A stretch of 54,351 nt of DNA from Pirellulales bacterium (GCA_044376405.1 JBILKZ010000006.1:1-54351), one strand, 5' to 3'; shown: positions 10,108 to 20,539, counted from the stretch's first letter. Notes: generated from the sequence alone by a model not told the origin. A program made the numbers and translations.

Positions 10108-11126
10108 CCGCTGAACACGCATCACCTGGGCGTTCATCCGCTGCGCATGCATCGACGGGGCATGCGTCTCCGCCACAGGCCGGCAAATCTCGGCAAGCTA
10201 TGGTTCGAGCGTTCGGATCTCGTGCCGTGTTTGCGGGCCCGATCACGGCCGTCTTCGCGGCACTCGCCTGGGCAGACTGGATCGGCCTCGGCGGCGCGCA
10301 GCCTGCCTGGTGGCTGCTGCCGGTGGCGGTCGTGTTGGCGGTCGGAAGCGTCGATGAAATCGTGCGGCTCTTCGCTACGCGAGACATCCAACTGCCGGCG
10401 TGGCTGCTGCGGCCGGCCGTGGTGGCGGTGGTGCTCGCGGCCGCGGCAGGGGCCGAAGCCTTCGCGGCGGCCTCGTCCGCGGCGTCGCCAGTGGCCGCGA
10501 TGGGATGGCCCGCTGTGACGATCGTGTTCGCGATCATCGGGCTGTTTCTCGTGGAGATCGCCACCTACAGGCCGCATGGAGCCGCGATTGAACGACTGAC
10601 TGCCGGTGTCTTCACGCTCGCGTTTCTCGGGCTGCCCTTTGCATGCATCGTGAGCCTGCGGCTGTTCTGTCTGGAAAACCTCGGCCCGGAGCAGACGGGG
10701 CGTGGGCATCTGGGCATGCTCCCGCTGGTGAGCCTCGTGGCGGTGGCGAAGGCTGGCGACATTGCGGCCTATCTGGGCGGCACGCTGCTGGGACGGCATC
10801 GGATGACGGCTGCTCTCAGTCCTGGCAAGACATGGGAGGGGGCTGTGGCGTCGCTGGCCGGATCGTCTGCAGCGGCGTGGATCGTGCTGGAGCAGTTCGG
10901 CAGCGGGGTCTTGGCGCGGCCTTGGGGCGGCTGGCTCGTCTTCGGGCTCGGCGTGGGACTCGCCGCCATGGTGGGCGATTTGGCGGAGTCGTTGCTCAAG
11001 CGCGAGTGTGGCGCAAAGGACTCCGGCAGGTCGCTGGGTGGCCTGGGCGGGTTTCTCGACCTGGTCGACTCGCTCCTCTTCGCCGCCCCGGTGGCCTGGC
11101 TGTTGTGGGTGCTCGGCGGCCGTTGA
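10104..11126 (+). CDS. cdsA: phosphatidate cytidylyltransferase
   Basis: GDIAAY, SPGKTWEG, GDLAESLLKR..KDSG, GGFLDLVDS; start codon uncertain. Confidence 0.9.
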   Translation: MTAEHASPGRSSAAHASTGHASPPQAGKSRQAMVRAFGSRAVFAGPITAVFAALAWADWIGLGGAQPAWWLLPVAVVLAVGSVDEIVRLFATRDIQLPAWLLRPAVVAVVLAAAAGAEAFAAASSAASPVAAMGWPAVTIVFAIIGLFLVEIATYRPHGAAIERLTAGVFTLAFLGLPFACIVSLRLFCLENLGPEQTGRGHLGMLPLVSLVAVAKAGDIAAYLGGTLLGRHRMTAALSPGKTWEGAVASLAGSSAAAWIVLEQFGSGVLARPWGGWLVFGLGVGLAAMVGDLAESLLKRECGAKDSGRSLGGLGGFLDLVDSLLFAAPVAWLLWVLGGR

Positions 11127-11244
11127 AGACCGCATTCTCCGCGGGAAACGTCGGCTCTGGGCCTGTTCGCTCCCGCGCAGGTATACTCCGGGTATTGTCC
11201 CGTTCACCCACAGACCGTTGGTGTGTCACACACCACGGGCCTCG

Positions 11245-12183
11245 ATGTCCCGCACGTCAATCGCGGTCGTCGATTCGAAGCGGCTTGTGGCCGTCTTCGG
11301 GCCGAGAGACCAGCACCTGCGCAGGATTCGGTCAGCCCTTGGGGTTGGCGTGTCGGCCCGCGACGACTCGATCCAGATCGAGGGTGAAGAGGCGGCCGTG
11401 CTTCGTGCCGCCGAGATCTTCGAAGAGCTCGACCGCATCGCCCGTGAGCATGGAGTCGTCGATGTGGCCGACGTCACCCAACTTCTTTCGGCGGCCACGG
11501 GCACCGCGCCCGCCGTGCCGCGTGACCCGATCGATGTGCATCGGCCGGACAAGCAGGTGCAGCCCCGCTCGGCGGGTCAGGCAGCCTATGTGAAGGCGAT
11601 CCGCGAACACGATGTGGTGGTCTGCAGCGGGCCGGCAGGCAGCGGCAAGACGTTCCTCGCCGTCGCGATGGCGGTTTCGTTTTTGCGTACGGAACAGGTT
11701 CGCAAGATTGTGCTCGTGCGTCCGGCCGTCGAGGCAGGGGAAAGCCTCGGTTACCTGCCCGGCGACCTGCAGGCCAAGATCAACCCCTACCTACGGCCAC
11801 TGCTCGACGCGTTGCGGGAGATGATGGATTACGAACTGCTCAAACGGCTCACGGAGCAGGACGTCGTCGAGATGGTCCCGCTGGCCTATATGCGGGGCCG
11901 CACGCTGAACAACGCTTTCATCATCCTCGACGAGGCGCAGAACACGACCGTCGCGCAGATGAAGATGTTTCTCACGCGGCTCGGCGTCGGCTCCAAGATG
12001 GTGATCTCCGGCGACACCACCCAGATCGACCTGCCGCCCAACCGCCGCAGCGGCTTAGTCGACGCGATGGAGCGGCTCGAACGCGTCCGCGGCTGCGGCC
12101 GTGTGCAGCTCGGCGGGATCGACATCGTCCGCCACCCGCTCGTTCAGCGGATCGTCGAGGCCTACGGCGACGGAACCCCATGA
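11245..12183 (+). CDS. phoH: PhoH-family ATPase
   Basis: GPAGSGKT, RPAVEAGESLGYLPGDL, PLAYMRGRTL, ILDEAQN. Confidence 0.93.
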   Translation: MSRTSIAVVDSKRLVAVFGPRDQHLRRIRSALGVGVSARDDSIQIEGEEAAVLRAAEIFEELDRIAREHGVVDVADVTQLLSAATGTAPAVPRDPIDVHRPDKQVQPRSAGQAAYVKAIREHDVVVCSGPAGSGKTFLAVAMAVSFLRTEQVRKIVLVRPAVEAGESLGYLPGDLQAKINPYLRPLLDALREMMDYELLKRLTEQDVVEMVPLAYMRGRTLNNAFIILDEAQNTTVAQMKMFLTRLGVGSKMVISGDTTQIDLPPNRRSGLVDAMERLERVRGCGRVQLGGIDIVRHPLVQRIVEAYGDGTP

Positions 12184-14654
12184 CCATTGCCCCATCCTCC
12201 TACCGTCGCCGTTTGAAGCGGGGCTCCTCCGTCGAGGTGCCCCACGGCTTCTGGGGCACGCTGCTCGAGAATGTCTCGCGGTCCGAGGTGCTGCTGCGAC
12301 TCGCCCTCTGCCTGGGGGCCGCCCTGGTGCTTCTGATGGTCATGCACGGCTGGTCGGAGCCGTTTCCGTTTCGTGCGGGCATGGTCTCACCGCGTGGTGT
12401 CGTGGCCCGCGTGCCGTTCGAGAAGCCCGACGCGGAACGGACCCGGACGGCCCAGGAGCGGGCTGCCGCGCAGGTGCGGGTGGTCTACTCGCAGGACAAG
12501 GCGCCGATCGTGCGGCTGCGTGACGGCCTCAAGAACCGCCTCGCCGAGATCGCGGCCGCCGAGTCGGTCACCGCGTCATCGCGGGCAGCCTGGCTGGAGT
12601 TCGCCCCCGAGGCGGCGCCGGTCATCGATGCGCTGGTGGCTGCCGGAGAAAAGCCGGCGGTCCGCGAACCGCCGCTCGCGCCGGAGCCGCCCGCTGGAGC
12701 GAGCCCGCCGGTTCCACCCAGCCCACCCGACTCGCCGACTCCGGCTGATGCAGCGGCCGATGCAGGGCCTTCCGATGGCGAGAAGAAGCCCGTGGCTGAA
12801 TCAGGTGTTGCAGACGCCAAGCCGGCAGAGCAGCCCGACAAGCGTGTGCAGGAGGCAGGGCAGTCCTTTCAGCGTTTTCGTGCCCGCATCGACACGAAGG
12901 AGCGGCTCCTCGAATGTGAGAAGGCGATCGATCGCAGCTTTGCCGACCTCGAGAACATGGGGGTGCTCGAGAAGATCCAGCACGGCATCGACGAGGGCAG
13001 CCAGACGGAGATCGACGTTCATCCGCTGGGCAACGCAGCCGAGGTGGCGCGGGCGCAGGTCGCCGATGTGCTGCAGGGCGAGGCGAAGGTCCGGCTGCGT
13101 TCGCGGATCGATGAAGAACTCGGTGAGGGACCGCTGGCCAGCCGGGTCTTTGCGTGGCTCGAGACGCGACTCTCCGGGACGCTCGAGATCGATCGCGATG
13201 CGACGGTGAAGGCCAAGAAAGAGGCGGTCGAAAAGACGCCGCAGCAGTTCGTCCGCTACGCCGCCGGTGATTTGTTGGCCGATGCGGGCCTGCCGATGAA
13301 GGCCGACGATGTGCAGCTCCTCGAGCGGGAGCACGAGGAATATGTCCGCCAGCAGGATGCCCGGCAGCGAATCAGCCGGGCGCTGTCCCTCTTTGGCCTG
13401 TTTGCGGCGATGTTCGCCCTGTCAGGGTTCTACATCCACCTGCATCATCGCGAGGTGCTCGATGATCTCGGGCACGTCGCCACGCTGGTCGGGCTCTCCG
13501 CGGCGACCGTCGTGCTCTGTCTCCTGTCGGCGGGCGAGGCGTGGCGGGCCGAGATCGTGCCGCTGCTCGTCTTCGCCATGACCGTGGCCATCGCCTACGA
13601 CGAGGATCTGGCGCTTCTGCTGGCGGCCGAGGTGGCGCTGGTCGTGGTGGTCGGGCTGGGTCGCGGCTTGGCCGACTACGTCACGCTGGCCGCCGCCGCG
13701 GCAGCGATGGTCTTCTGGATGGGCCGGATCCGCAGCCGAAGCAAGCTGATCTACGTGGGACTGTGGGCTGGTGCCGTCGCGATCGCGACACAGGTCGGGG
13801 CCAACCTTTTGGAAGAGCGGCCGTTCGACACGCAGCTGCTCTACGAGGCCGGGCGCACCGGTGTCTGGACCCTGCTGGCCGGGTTCCTGATGACCGGACT
13901 GCTGCCATTCATCGAGCGGTCGTTCGGTGTGCTCACCGACCTGAGCCTCTTGGAAGTTGGTGACGTGGCCCATCCGCTCCTGCAAGAACTTGTCCGCCGC
14001 GCTCCGGGCACCTACAACCACTCGATCAACGTGGCGAGCATCGGCGAAGCCGCAGCCGACGCTATCGGCGCACGCGGACTGCTCGTGCGGGTGGGGGCCT
14101 ATTTCCACGACGCCGGCAAGATGCTCAAGCCCGCCTACTTCATCGAAAACCAGGGGCAGGAAAACCGGCACGAGTCGCTCGTGCCGGCGATGAGCACGCT
14201 GATCATCATCGCCCACGTCAAGGAGGGCGTGGAACTCGCGCGGCAGTACAACCTCCCGCACCCGATCGTCGACATCATCGCCGAGCACCACGGGACGACG
14301 CTCGTGGAGTTTTTCTACCGCCGCGCGACTGAGCTGTCGCAGACCGACCCCAACGGCACGGAGATCGACGAGCAGAACTACCGCTACCCTGGCCCCAAGC
14401 CGAGTTCGCGGGAGTCGGCGGTGTTGATGCTCTCCGACGCAGTCGAAAGCGCCAGTCGTGCCCTCACCGAGCCAACGCCCGCCCGGATCGCCAGCCTCGT
14501 GCACGATCTCGCCATGAAGCGGCTGCTCGACGGGCAGTTCGACGAATGCGGTCTGACGCTGGAGGAGCTCGAACTCATCGAGCGGAGCCTCGTGAAGAGC
14601 CTGACCGCGGTCTATCACGGCCGCGTGAAATATCCCGACCAGAGGACGGCGTAG
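12180..14654 (+). CDS. 7TM-HD (HDIG) phosphohydrolase, PgpH-like
   Basis: N-terminal TM, extracytoplasmic region, multi-TM block, then APGTYNHS, GAYFHDAGK, AEHHGTT, RYPGPKP. Confidence 0.9.
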   Translation: MTIAPSSYRRRLKRGSSVEVPHGFWGTLLENVSRSEVLLRLALCLGAALVLLMVMHGWSEPFPFRAGMVSPRGVVARVPFEKPDAERTRTAQERAAAQVRVVYSQDKAPIVRLRDGLKNRLAEIAAAESVTASSRAAWLEFAPEAAPVIDALVAAGEKPAVREPPLAPEPPAGASPPVPPSPPDSPTPADAAADAGPSDGEKKPVAESGVADAKPAEQPDKRVQEAGQSFQRFRARIDTKERLLECEKAIDRSFADLENMGVLEKIQHGIDEGSQTEIDVHPLGNAAEVARAQVADVLQGEAKVRLRSRIDEELGEGPLASRVFAWLETRLSGTLEIDRDATVKAKKEAVEKTPQQFVRYAAGDLLADAGLPMKADDVQLLEREHEEYVRQQDARQRISRALSLFGLFAAMFALSGFYIHLHHREVLDDLGHVATLVGLSAATVVLCLLSAGEAWRAEIVPLLVFAMTVAIAYDEDLALLLAAEVALVVVVGLGRGLADYVTLAAAAAAMVFWMGRIRSRSKLIYVGLWAGAVAIATQVGANLLEERPFDTQLLYEAGRTGVWTLLAGFLMTGLLPFIERSFGVLTDLSLLEVGDVAHPLLQELVRRAPGTYNHSINVASIGEAAADAIGARGLLVRVGAYFHDAGKMLKPAYFIENQGQENRHESLVPAMSTLIIIAHVKEGVELARQYNLPHPIVDIIAEHHGTTLVEFFYRRATELSQTDPNGTEIDEQNYRYPGPKPSSRESAVLMLSDAVESASRALTEPTPARIASLVHDLAMKRLLDGQFDECGLTLEELELIERSLVKSLTAVYHGRVKYPDQRTA

Positions 14655-15178
14655 TGTCCCGAACCCGCGGCCGCTCCGTCCCCCAGCCGCCTCGGCCGAC
14701 GCTCGTCGTCGATGTGAGTGATCGGCAGAGTCTGCTCCGGGTTTCGGCCCGCGGCCTGGAGCGGTTGGTGCGCAGCGCATTGATCGCGGAGGGGGTCGAG
14801 CAGGCCGAGATCGGCGTCATCCTGGTCGATGATCGGCGGATCGCGGCGGTCCATCGCCGCTGGCTCGGTCTGGCGGGCCCCACCGATGTGATCACGTTCG
14901 ATCTCTCCGCGGGCACCGCCGGCCCGCCGGGTGCGGGTGTGTTGGCAGGCGACATCGTGGTGAGCACCGAGACGGCCCGCCGCATGGCCCGCGTCGTCGG
15001 CTGGACCCCGCGGCAGGAACTCGCCTATTACATCGTTCACGGCGTGCTGCATCTCACCGGCTACGACGACCACACGGCCACCGACCGCCGCCAGATGCGG
15101 GCCCGCGAGCGGGCCGTGATGAAGGCCTGTGGGCTGCCGTTTCCGCCGCGCACGAGGACCGCAGGCACGCCCCCATGA
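14654..15178 (+). CDS. ybeY: rRNA maturation endoribonuclease YbeY
   Basis: PTDVITF, GDIVVS, HGVLHLTGYDDH. Confidence 0.92.
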   Translation: MSRTRGRSVPQPPRPTLVVDVSDRQSLLRVSARGLERLVRSALIAEGVEQAEIGVILVDDRRIAAVHRRWLGLAGPTDVITFDLSAGTAGPPGAGVLAGDIVVSTETARRMARVVGWTPRQELAYYIVHGVLHLTGYDDHTATDRRQMRARERAVMKACGLPFPPRTRTAGTPP

Positions 15179-16503
15179 ACGCCGCGGAATCACTCGGAAT
15201 CGAATCGGCGTTCATGCTGCTTCTGCTGGCGAGCCTGGCGGCCGTGCAGGCCCGCAGTGTTCGCGGCGCCCAGCGGCACCGCATCCAGGACCTCTGCCGA
15301 CGTGCCGGCGTGCCGGCACACTGCGACGAGATCGTGGCGGCCAGCGAGACGATTGCCTTCGTGGCAGCGTCGGTGGTCGTGATTGCGGCCGTCGTTGCCA
15401 CGCTGCTGGCCGCTCGCGGACTGTTTGCCGCTTCCGGGGGCATGCTGGCATTGGAGGTTTCCGCGGTGGCTGGCTGGATCGCGATCGTCTGGCTTGTGCT
15501 GGTCGTGGTGCCGATGCTGTTGACGATGTTGGCGGGGCCGTGGATCGTGGTGGCGACGTGGCGACTGTGGCGGCCCGTGGTCGGCCTGTTGGGGCCGGTC
15601 GTACGGTTCCTTGGCAGTCTGGCAGCGGCGCTTGGCCGTGCTGCCGTGGGCCGGGGCGGCGACGAGCCGTCGGTCGAACGGCCGCAGGACGAACTGCGGC
15701 TGGTCGTTGACGAGGCCCACCGCGAAGGCCGCATCGAGGGGACGGCCCGCGACATGATCAGGGGCGTCATCGGTCTGGACGAGGTCCGCGTGTCGCAGAT
15801 CATGACGCCCCGCACGCAGATGATCGCGATCCCTTTGGCCACGGATTGGGATGAGGCGGTCCGTCTGGCCGCGGAGAGTGCCCACACGCGACTGCCGGTG
15901 TGGGATCGTTCCGCGGACGATGTCGTCGGCATCATCCACACTCGGGACGTGCTCACCAGACTCGCCGACGGACTCACGCCGAAGACCACCGCCTCCCCTG
16001 CCACACCTGTCGGCATCCGTCCTCTGCTGAGGCCCCCATGGTTCGTGCCTGAATCGATGAGCGTGCGGACGCTCCTCCTGGAGTTCCAGCGCGGCAAGAC
16101 GCACATGGCCATCGTCACCGATGAGTTCGGGGGCGTGGCGGGGCTCGTCACCATCGAGGATGCACTGGAGGAGATCGTGGGCGAAATCGCCGACGAACAC
16201 GACGAGGCGTTCTCAGACGGCATCCGTCTGGTGTCGCCCGACGCGTGCGAGGTGCTGGCGCACGTGCCGGTCGCGCGAGTGAACGAACGGATGGGATTGT
16301 CGCTGCCGGAGGAGGCGGGGTATGAGACGATCGGCGGTTTCGTCTTCCACCAATGCGGCCGGATTCCGGAGGTGGGGGAGAAGATCCGATCGCACGGGGC
16401 GATCGGGGAGGTGCTCGCGGCCACCCGCCGACGAATCGACTTGATCCGCATCGAGCGGCTCGGGGATGAGCGGCCCGGGAGCACCGGAAACGATGGCGGC
16501 TGA
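15175..16503 (+). CDS. HlyC/CorC (CNNM-CBS-CorC) family membrane protein
   Basis: TM N-terminus, IMTPR, HTRLPV, DEFGGVAGLVTIEDALEEIVGEI. Confidence 0.9.
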   Translation: MNAAESLGIESAFMLLLLASLAAVQARSVRGAQRHRIQDLCRRAGVPAHCDEIVAASETIAFVAASVVVIAAVVATLLAARGLFAASGGMLALEVSAVAGWIAIVWLVLVVVPMLLTMLAGPWIVVATWRLWRPVVGLLGPVVRFLGSLAAALGRAAVGRGGDEPSVERPQDELRLVVDEAHREGRIEGTARDMIRGVIGLDEVRVSQIMTPRTQMIAIPLATDWDEAVRLAAESAHTRLPVWDRSADDVVGIIHTRDVLTRLADGLTPKTTASPATPVGIRPLLRPPWFVPESMSVRTLLLEFQRGKTHMAIVTDEFGGVAGLVTIEDALEEIVGEIADEHDEAFSDGIRLVSPDACEVLAHVPVARVNERMGLSLPEEAGYETIGGFVFHQCGRIPEVGEKIRSHGAIGEVLAATRRRIDLIRIERLGDERPGSTGNDGG

Positions 16504-17308
16504 AAAGGCACGGGCAATCGTCATCCGGACGTTCCCATTCGGCGACACGAGTTGCGTCGTCACCCTGTTTACCCGGGAGTACGGCAAGCTGCGGGCTCTG
16601 GCGAAGGGGGCGTGGCGGCCCAAGAGCGGGTTCGACGCCGCCCTTGACCTGCTTTCGATCTGTCAGGTACTCGTCCTCCGCAAATCCTCTGATGCTCTCG
16701 ACTTGGTGACGGAAGCCTGTCTCGAGCACCGGTTTCGGGTTGGAAGGAGCCAGGCGGCTTTTCTCGGCGGCATGGATGTCGCCGAACTGCTCGATGCGCT
16801 GACCGCAGATGGTGATCCGCAGCCGGAACTGTTCGATGTCGCCCATGCCACCCTGCGAACGCTCTCAGCCCCTCGTACTGCCCATGATCAAGACACTCCC
16901 ACGAACGAACGCATGGACGGCCACGTGCGGGCTCTGGTCACGCACACCGAGTTGGCCATGCTCAGGCTGGTCGGCCATGCGCCGGCGCTCGTGCGGTGCG
17001 CCGAATGTCACGGGCCGGTCCCCGGAGGAGGCAGGATCGCGTTTGCCATGCTCGATGGCGGCGTGGTCTGCGATCAGTGCCGTCGCGGCAAACGTGCGGT
17101 CGTCTCCGTCTCGACCGATTGCCTCGCGGCCCTGCGGTTGCTGGCTGCCGCACCCGACGCGTGGAGGTCACTGGCCTTGCCACCACCCATCGACGGCGAG
17201 GTGCGTGCCGTCATGAACACCATGCTGTCCCACCTCCTCGGCCGGCGGCCGCGGGTCGCACCGCTGCTGCAACCACGATCCCGCCCAGGCCCATCCCGCT
17301 CCTCCTGA
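16493..17308 (+). CDS. recO: DNA repair protein RecO
   Basis: VVTLFTREYGKLRALAKGA, CxxC...CxxC zinc finger. Confidence 0.9.
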   Translation: MAAEKARAIVIRTFPFGDTSCVVTLFTREYGKLRALAKGAWRPKSGFDAALDLLSICQVLVLRKSSDALDLVTEACLEHRFRVGRSQAAFLGGMDVAELLDALTADGDPQPELFDVAHATLRTLSAPRTAHDQDTPTNERMDGHVRALVTHTELAMLRLVGHAPALVRCAECHGPVPGGGRIAFAMLDGGVVCDQCRRGKRAVVSVSTDCLAALRLLAAAPDAWRSLALPPPIDGEVRAVMNTMLSHLLGRRPRVAPLLQPRSRPGPSRSS

Positions 17309-17349
17309 TACTCGCTCGGCCCGTCCACTAGGAACGTTGCTGCGTCGCC

Positions 17350-18666
17350 ATGCCATCAGTCTGCATCACCATCCGCTTCAGCCGTGCAGGCCTCGCCGCC
17401 TGCACCGTCGCCATCGCCTGCGTTTTCCTTCAGGCAGGATGCGCCTCGATCAAGGCGCCGACCTGGAAAACGCCAGCCTGGCCTTGGTCGAAAGCGCCGT
17501 CCGACGAAAAGAAACTCGCCGGCGAACTGGGTGAGGATGCCGACTCTTCCGTGATCTCCTCCGAGTTCAACCCCACCGAGCAGGATTTCGGGTGGGATTA
17601 TTTCAAGGGCCAGAACATCAAGAAGCGGTGGAAGAAGATGGTCGGCCGTGGCCCCAACGAGCCGGTGTCGCGGAAGGCGCTGGCGGAGGGCGATGCCTTG
17701 TTCCGCGACCGCAAATACTCGGCGGCGGCCAAGAAATACAAGGTGGCGGTCGATCGTTGGCCCGACTCGGTCATCGAGGAAGACGCGCTCTGGCAACTCG
17801 CCGAATGCTGGTTCTTCATGGACCACTATCCCAAGGCCGAGGACTGCTACGACGAACTGGTGAAGAAGTACGCCAACTCGCGGTACCTCGACCGGATCGC
17901 CCAGCGGCAGTTCGTGATCGCCCAATACTGGATCGCTCTCGACCAGAAGCACAACTACATGACCATCGTGCCGAACATCGCCGACCGCAGCCGCCCGCTG
18001 TTTGACACGCGTGGACGGGCCCTCAAGGCATACGATCACGTCCGCATCAATGACCCCCGCGGTCCGCTGGCCGACGACAGCATCATGGCGGCGGCCAACG
18101 CCCACTTCGTCGACCGGCAGTGGCTCGATGCCGACTACTTCTACGGCCTGCTTCGCACCGAATATCCAGACAGTGATTTTCTGCTCCAGGCGCATCTGCT
18201 CGGGCTCCAGGCGAAGTTGCGGGCATACCAGGGCCCTGGCTACGAGGGAGGCGTGCTCGACGAGGCGGAGATCCTGGCCGACCAGACGCTCGTGCAGTTC
18301 CCAGACCAGCTCACGCAGGAGGAGGCCGAACGTGCCCAGACATCGCGGGCCGCGATCGCCGCGCAGCAGGCGCAGCGGCACTGGAACCGCGCCGAGTTCT
18401 ACGCCAAGGGCAAGCACTATACGTCGGCCCGCATCTATTACGCCCTCATCGCCCGCGACTATCCCAAGACGATGCTCGCCCAGCAGGCCCGTGACCGGCT
18501 CGACAAGTACAACGGGCTGGAAGACGTCTCCGACAACCCGCTCCCGATGCTGACGGCGTTGCTCAACCCCGATTCGCTCAAGGAAGCCGAACTCGACGCG
18601 ATGGCGGAGGCCGACACGGCGATCGCCCGCGGAGACAATTCCGGCATCGCCCCGCCCCTGCGTTGA
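17350..18666 (+). CDS. bamD: TPR lipoprotein, BamD-like outer membrane assembly factor
   Basis: Lipobox-like QAGC, tandem TPR helices, adjacent to lptE. Confidence 0.65.
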   Translation: MPSVCITIRFSRAGLAACTVAIACVFLQAGCASIKAPTWKTPAWPWSKAPSDEKKLAGELGEDADSSVISSEFNPTEQDFGWDYFKGQNIKKRWKKMVGRGPNEPVSRKALAEGDALFRDRKYSAAAKKYKVAVDRWPDSVIEEDALWQLAECWFFMDHYPKAEDCYDELVKKYANSRYLDRIAQRQFVIAQYWIALDQKHNYMTIVPNIADRSRPLFDTRGRALKAYDHVRINDPRGPLADDSIMAAANAHFVDRQWLDADYFYGLLRTEYPDSDFLLQAHLLGLQAKLRAYQGPGYEGGVLDEAEILADQTLVQFPDQLTQEEAERAQTSRAAIAAQQAQRHWNRAEFYAKGKHYTSARIYYALIARDYPKTMLAQQARDRLDKYNGLEDVSDNPLPMLTALLNPDSLKEAELDAMAEADTAIARGDNSGIAPPLR

Positions 18667-18680
18667 TACGAAGGGCTTTC

Positions 18681-19250
18681 ATGGCCGCGCGCGTGGTCCA
18701 CCTCCGTCGGCTCGCCTGCGTCGTGCTCGCCTGCGTCGCCATTCCCAGCGGCCTGATTCCGTGTGCCGGCTGTGCCGGCTATCGCTTCGGCAACAACACG
18801 CTCTACGCGCCGAACGTGCGCACGGTCTACGTGCCGATCATCCAGTCGGACAGCTTCCGCACGATTCCGAACATCGACATCGGCGAGCGGCTCACCGAGG
18901 CGGTCTGCAAGGAGATCGAGAAGCGCACCCCCTTCAAGGTGGTCGGTGATCCCGCCGCCGACAGCGTGCTCACGGCCCGGATCGTGGCCGACACGAAGCG
19001 GATGGTGGTGGAGAGCCCCACCGACCAGTCGCGAATGGTGGAGATGAACTTCCAGGTGCTGGTCACCTGGGCCGACCGTGGTGGTGCGGTGCTGGCGTCG
19101 GGCGGCGTGCCGCTCCCTGCGGCGAGTGTCGACGTCGGTCAGGCCGCGAATCTCGTGCCGGAATATGGCCGCTCGGTCGCCAGCACGCAGCAGGAGATGA
19201 TCATCAAGATGGCCCAGCAGATCGTGGGCCTGATGGAAGAACCGTGGTAA
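18681..19250 (+). CDS. lptE: LPS assembly lipoprotein LptE-like
   Basis: AGCAGYRFG, RTVYVP, LTEAVCKEIEKRTP. Confidence 0.75.
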   Translation: MAARVVHLRRLACVVLACVAIPSGLIPCAGCAGYRFGNNTLYAPNVRTVYVPIIQSDSFRTIPNIDIGERLTEAVCKEIEKRTPFKVVGDPAADSVLTARIVADTKRMVVESPTDQSRMVEMNFQVLVTWADRGGAVLASGGVPLPAASVDVGQAANLVPEYGRSVASTQQEMIIKMAQQIVGLMEEPW

Positions 19251-19266
19251 CGGACGGGCGCGCGCC

Positions 19267-19390
19267 GCGAGCCGGGACGGCAGAAGTCTCGTCGCAGTGG
19301 CTTTTTCTCCTTCCACGACCTACGGCAGCTCATTTCCCAGAAGGTCGAAAAATCCAAAAGCTCCTCGAGCTTCCGCCGATCCCGGCTCGC
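19267..19390. repeat. dispersed long-hairpin intergenic element, copy A
   Basis: Terminal inverted repeat GCGAGCCGGGA/TCCCGGCTCGC; 19271-19388 matches 52424-52541 with 5 mismatches in 118 bp (manual alignment). Confidence 0.9.
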
Positions 19391-19426
19391 TCGTCCTGGG
19401 AATGGTGGGGAGGTTAGAGTGATGGC

Positions 19427-20371
19427 ATGAGCATGCCCCCCCGGCCCACCCACTGGCAGTTGCGGACCATGCGGCTGGCGCTGCCGGGTGGCGATGCTTG
19501 CATCCGCCGGCCGCTCGTGATGGGGATCGTCAACGTCACGCCCGACAGTTTTTCCGATGGCGGCCGCCATGCCGGGGTCGAGGCCGCTGTCGCCCATGGC
19601 TTGAAGCTGGTCGCTGAGGGCGTCGACATCCTCGACGTCGGCGGTGAGAGCACGCGGCCGTACTCGGTGTCGGTTTCTGCCGAAGAGGAGGTGCACCGCG
19701 TGGGCGAGGTGGTGCAGCAGTTGGCGGAGCGGGCCGGCGTGCCGATCTCGATCGACACGTCGAAGGCGGTCGTCGCGGCCCGGGCTGTCGAACTCGGCGC
19801 CGAGATCATCAACGACGTGACCGGCCTGGAGGGCGATCCCGACATGCTCCGCGTCGCCGTGGAATCGCGTGCCGGCATCTGTGCCATGCACATGCAGGGC
19901 ACGCCGCAGACCATGCAGGATGACCCTCGCTATGACGACGTGGTCGGCGACATCCATCGCTACCTCGAGCAGCGTCGCGACGCACTGCTCGCCGCTGGGA
20001 TCCCGGTCGCCCGCATCTGCCTCGATCCGGGCATCGGATTCGGCAAGACGCATGCCCACAATCTCGAACTCATGGCGCGGGCGGGTGAGTTTCTCGACCT
20101 GGGCGTGCCGATCCTCATCGGCCACTCCCGCAAGGGCTTCATCGGCAAGTCGCTCGAACAGGCCCTCGGCCGCCCTGCCACCCTGGAGGAACGTGACGGC
20201 GGCACCGCCGGGAGTAGCTGCAGTCTCGCCGCCGCAGGGATCCAGATCCTCCGCGTCCACGCCGTGGGCCTGGTTCGCAGCGCCCTGGAACTGTACTGCA
20301 CAACCGTCGTGGGGGCCACGAAATCTACAGATGCTGAGGAGCCGGTCGGAGGCACGCGCAGGAGCCGGTGA
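19427..20371 (+). CDS. folP: dihydropteroate synthase
   Basis: MGIVNVTPDSFSDGG, DVGGESTRP, DPGIGFGK, SRKGFIG. Confidence 0.95.
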   Translation: MSMPPRPTHWQLRTMRLALPGGDACIRRPLVMGIVNVTPDSFSDGGRHAGVEAAVAHGLKLVAEGVDILDVGGESTRPYSVSVSAEEEVHRVGEVVQQLAERAGVPISIDTSKAVVAARAVELGAEIINDVTGLEGDPDMLRVAVESRAGICAMHMQGTPQTMQDDPRYDDVVGDIHRYLEQRRDALLAAGIPVARICLDPGIGFGKTHAHNLELMARAGEFLDLGVPILIGHSRKGFIGKSLEQALGRPATLEERDGGTAGSSCSLAAAGIQILRVHAVGLVRSALELYCTTVVGATKSTDAEEPVGGTRRSR

Positions 20372-20539
20372 ATTCTGCGACTCACGAGCGATGGACGATT
20401 CGTCCAAGAGCATCCTGTAGCAGAATCCGCCGGCGACGAGCATGCCGCAGCCGGCGGGCTGACCACAGCACGCCATCACCGGCACGATCTCAACGGACAA
20501 GTAAAAAACGTGCCACGACGGGAGCACCGGCACGAAGGG

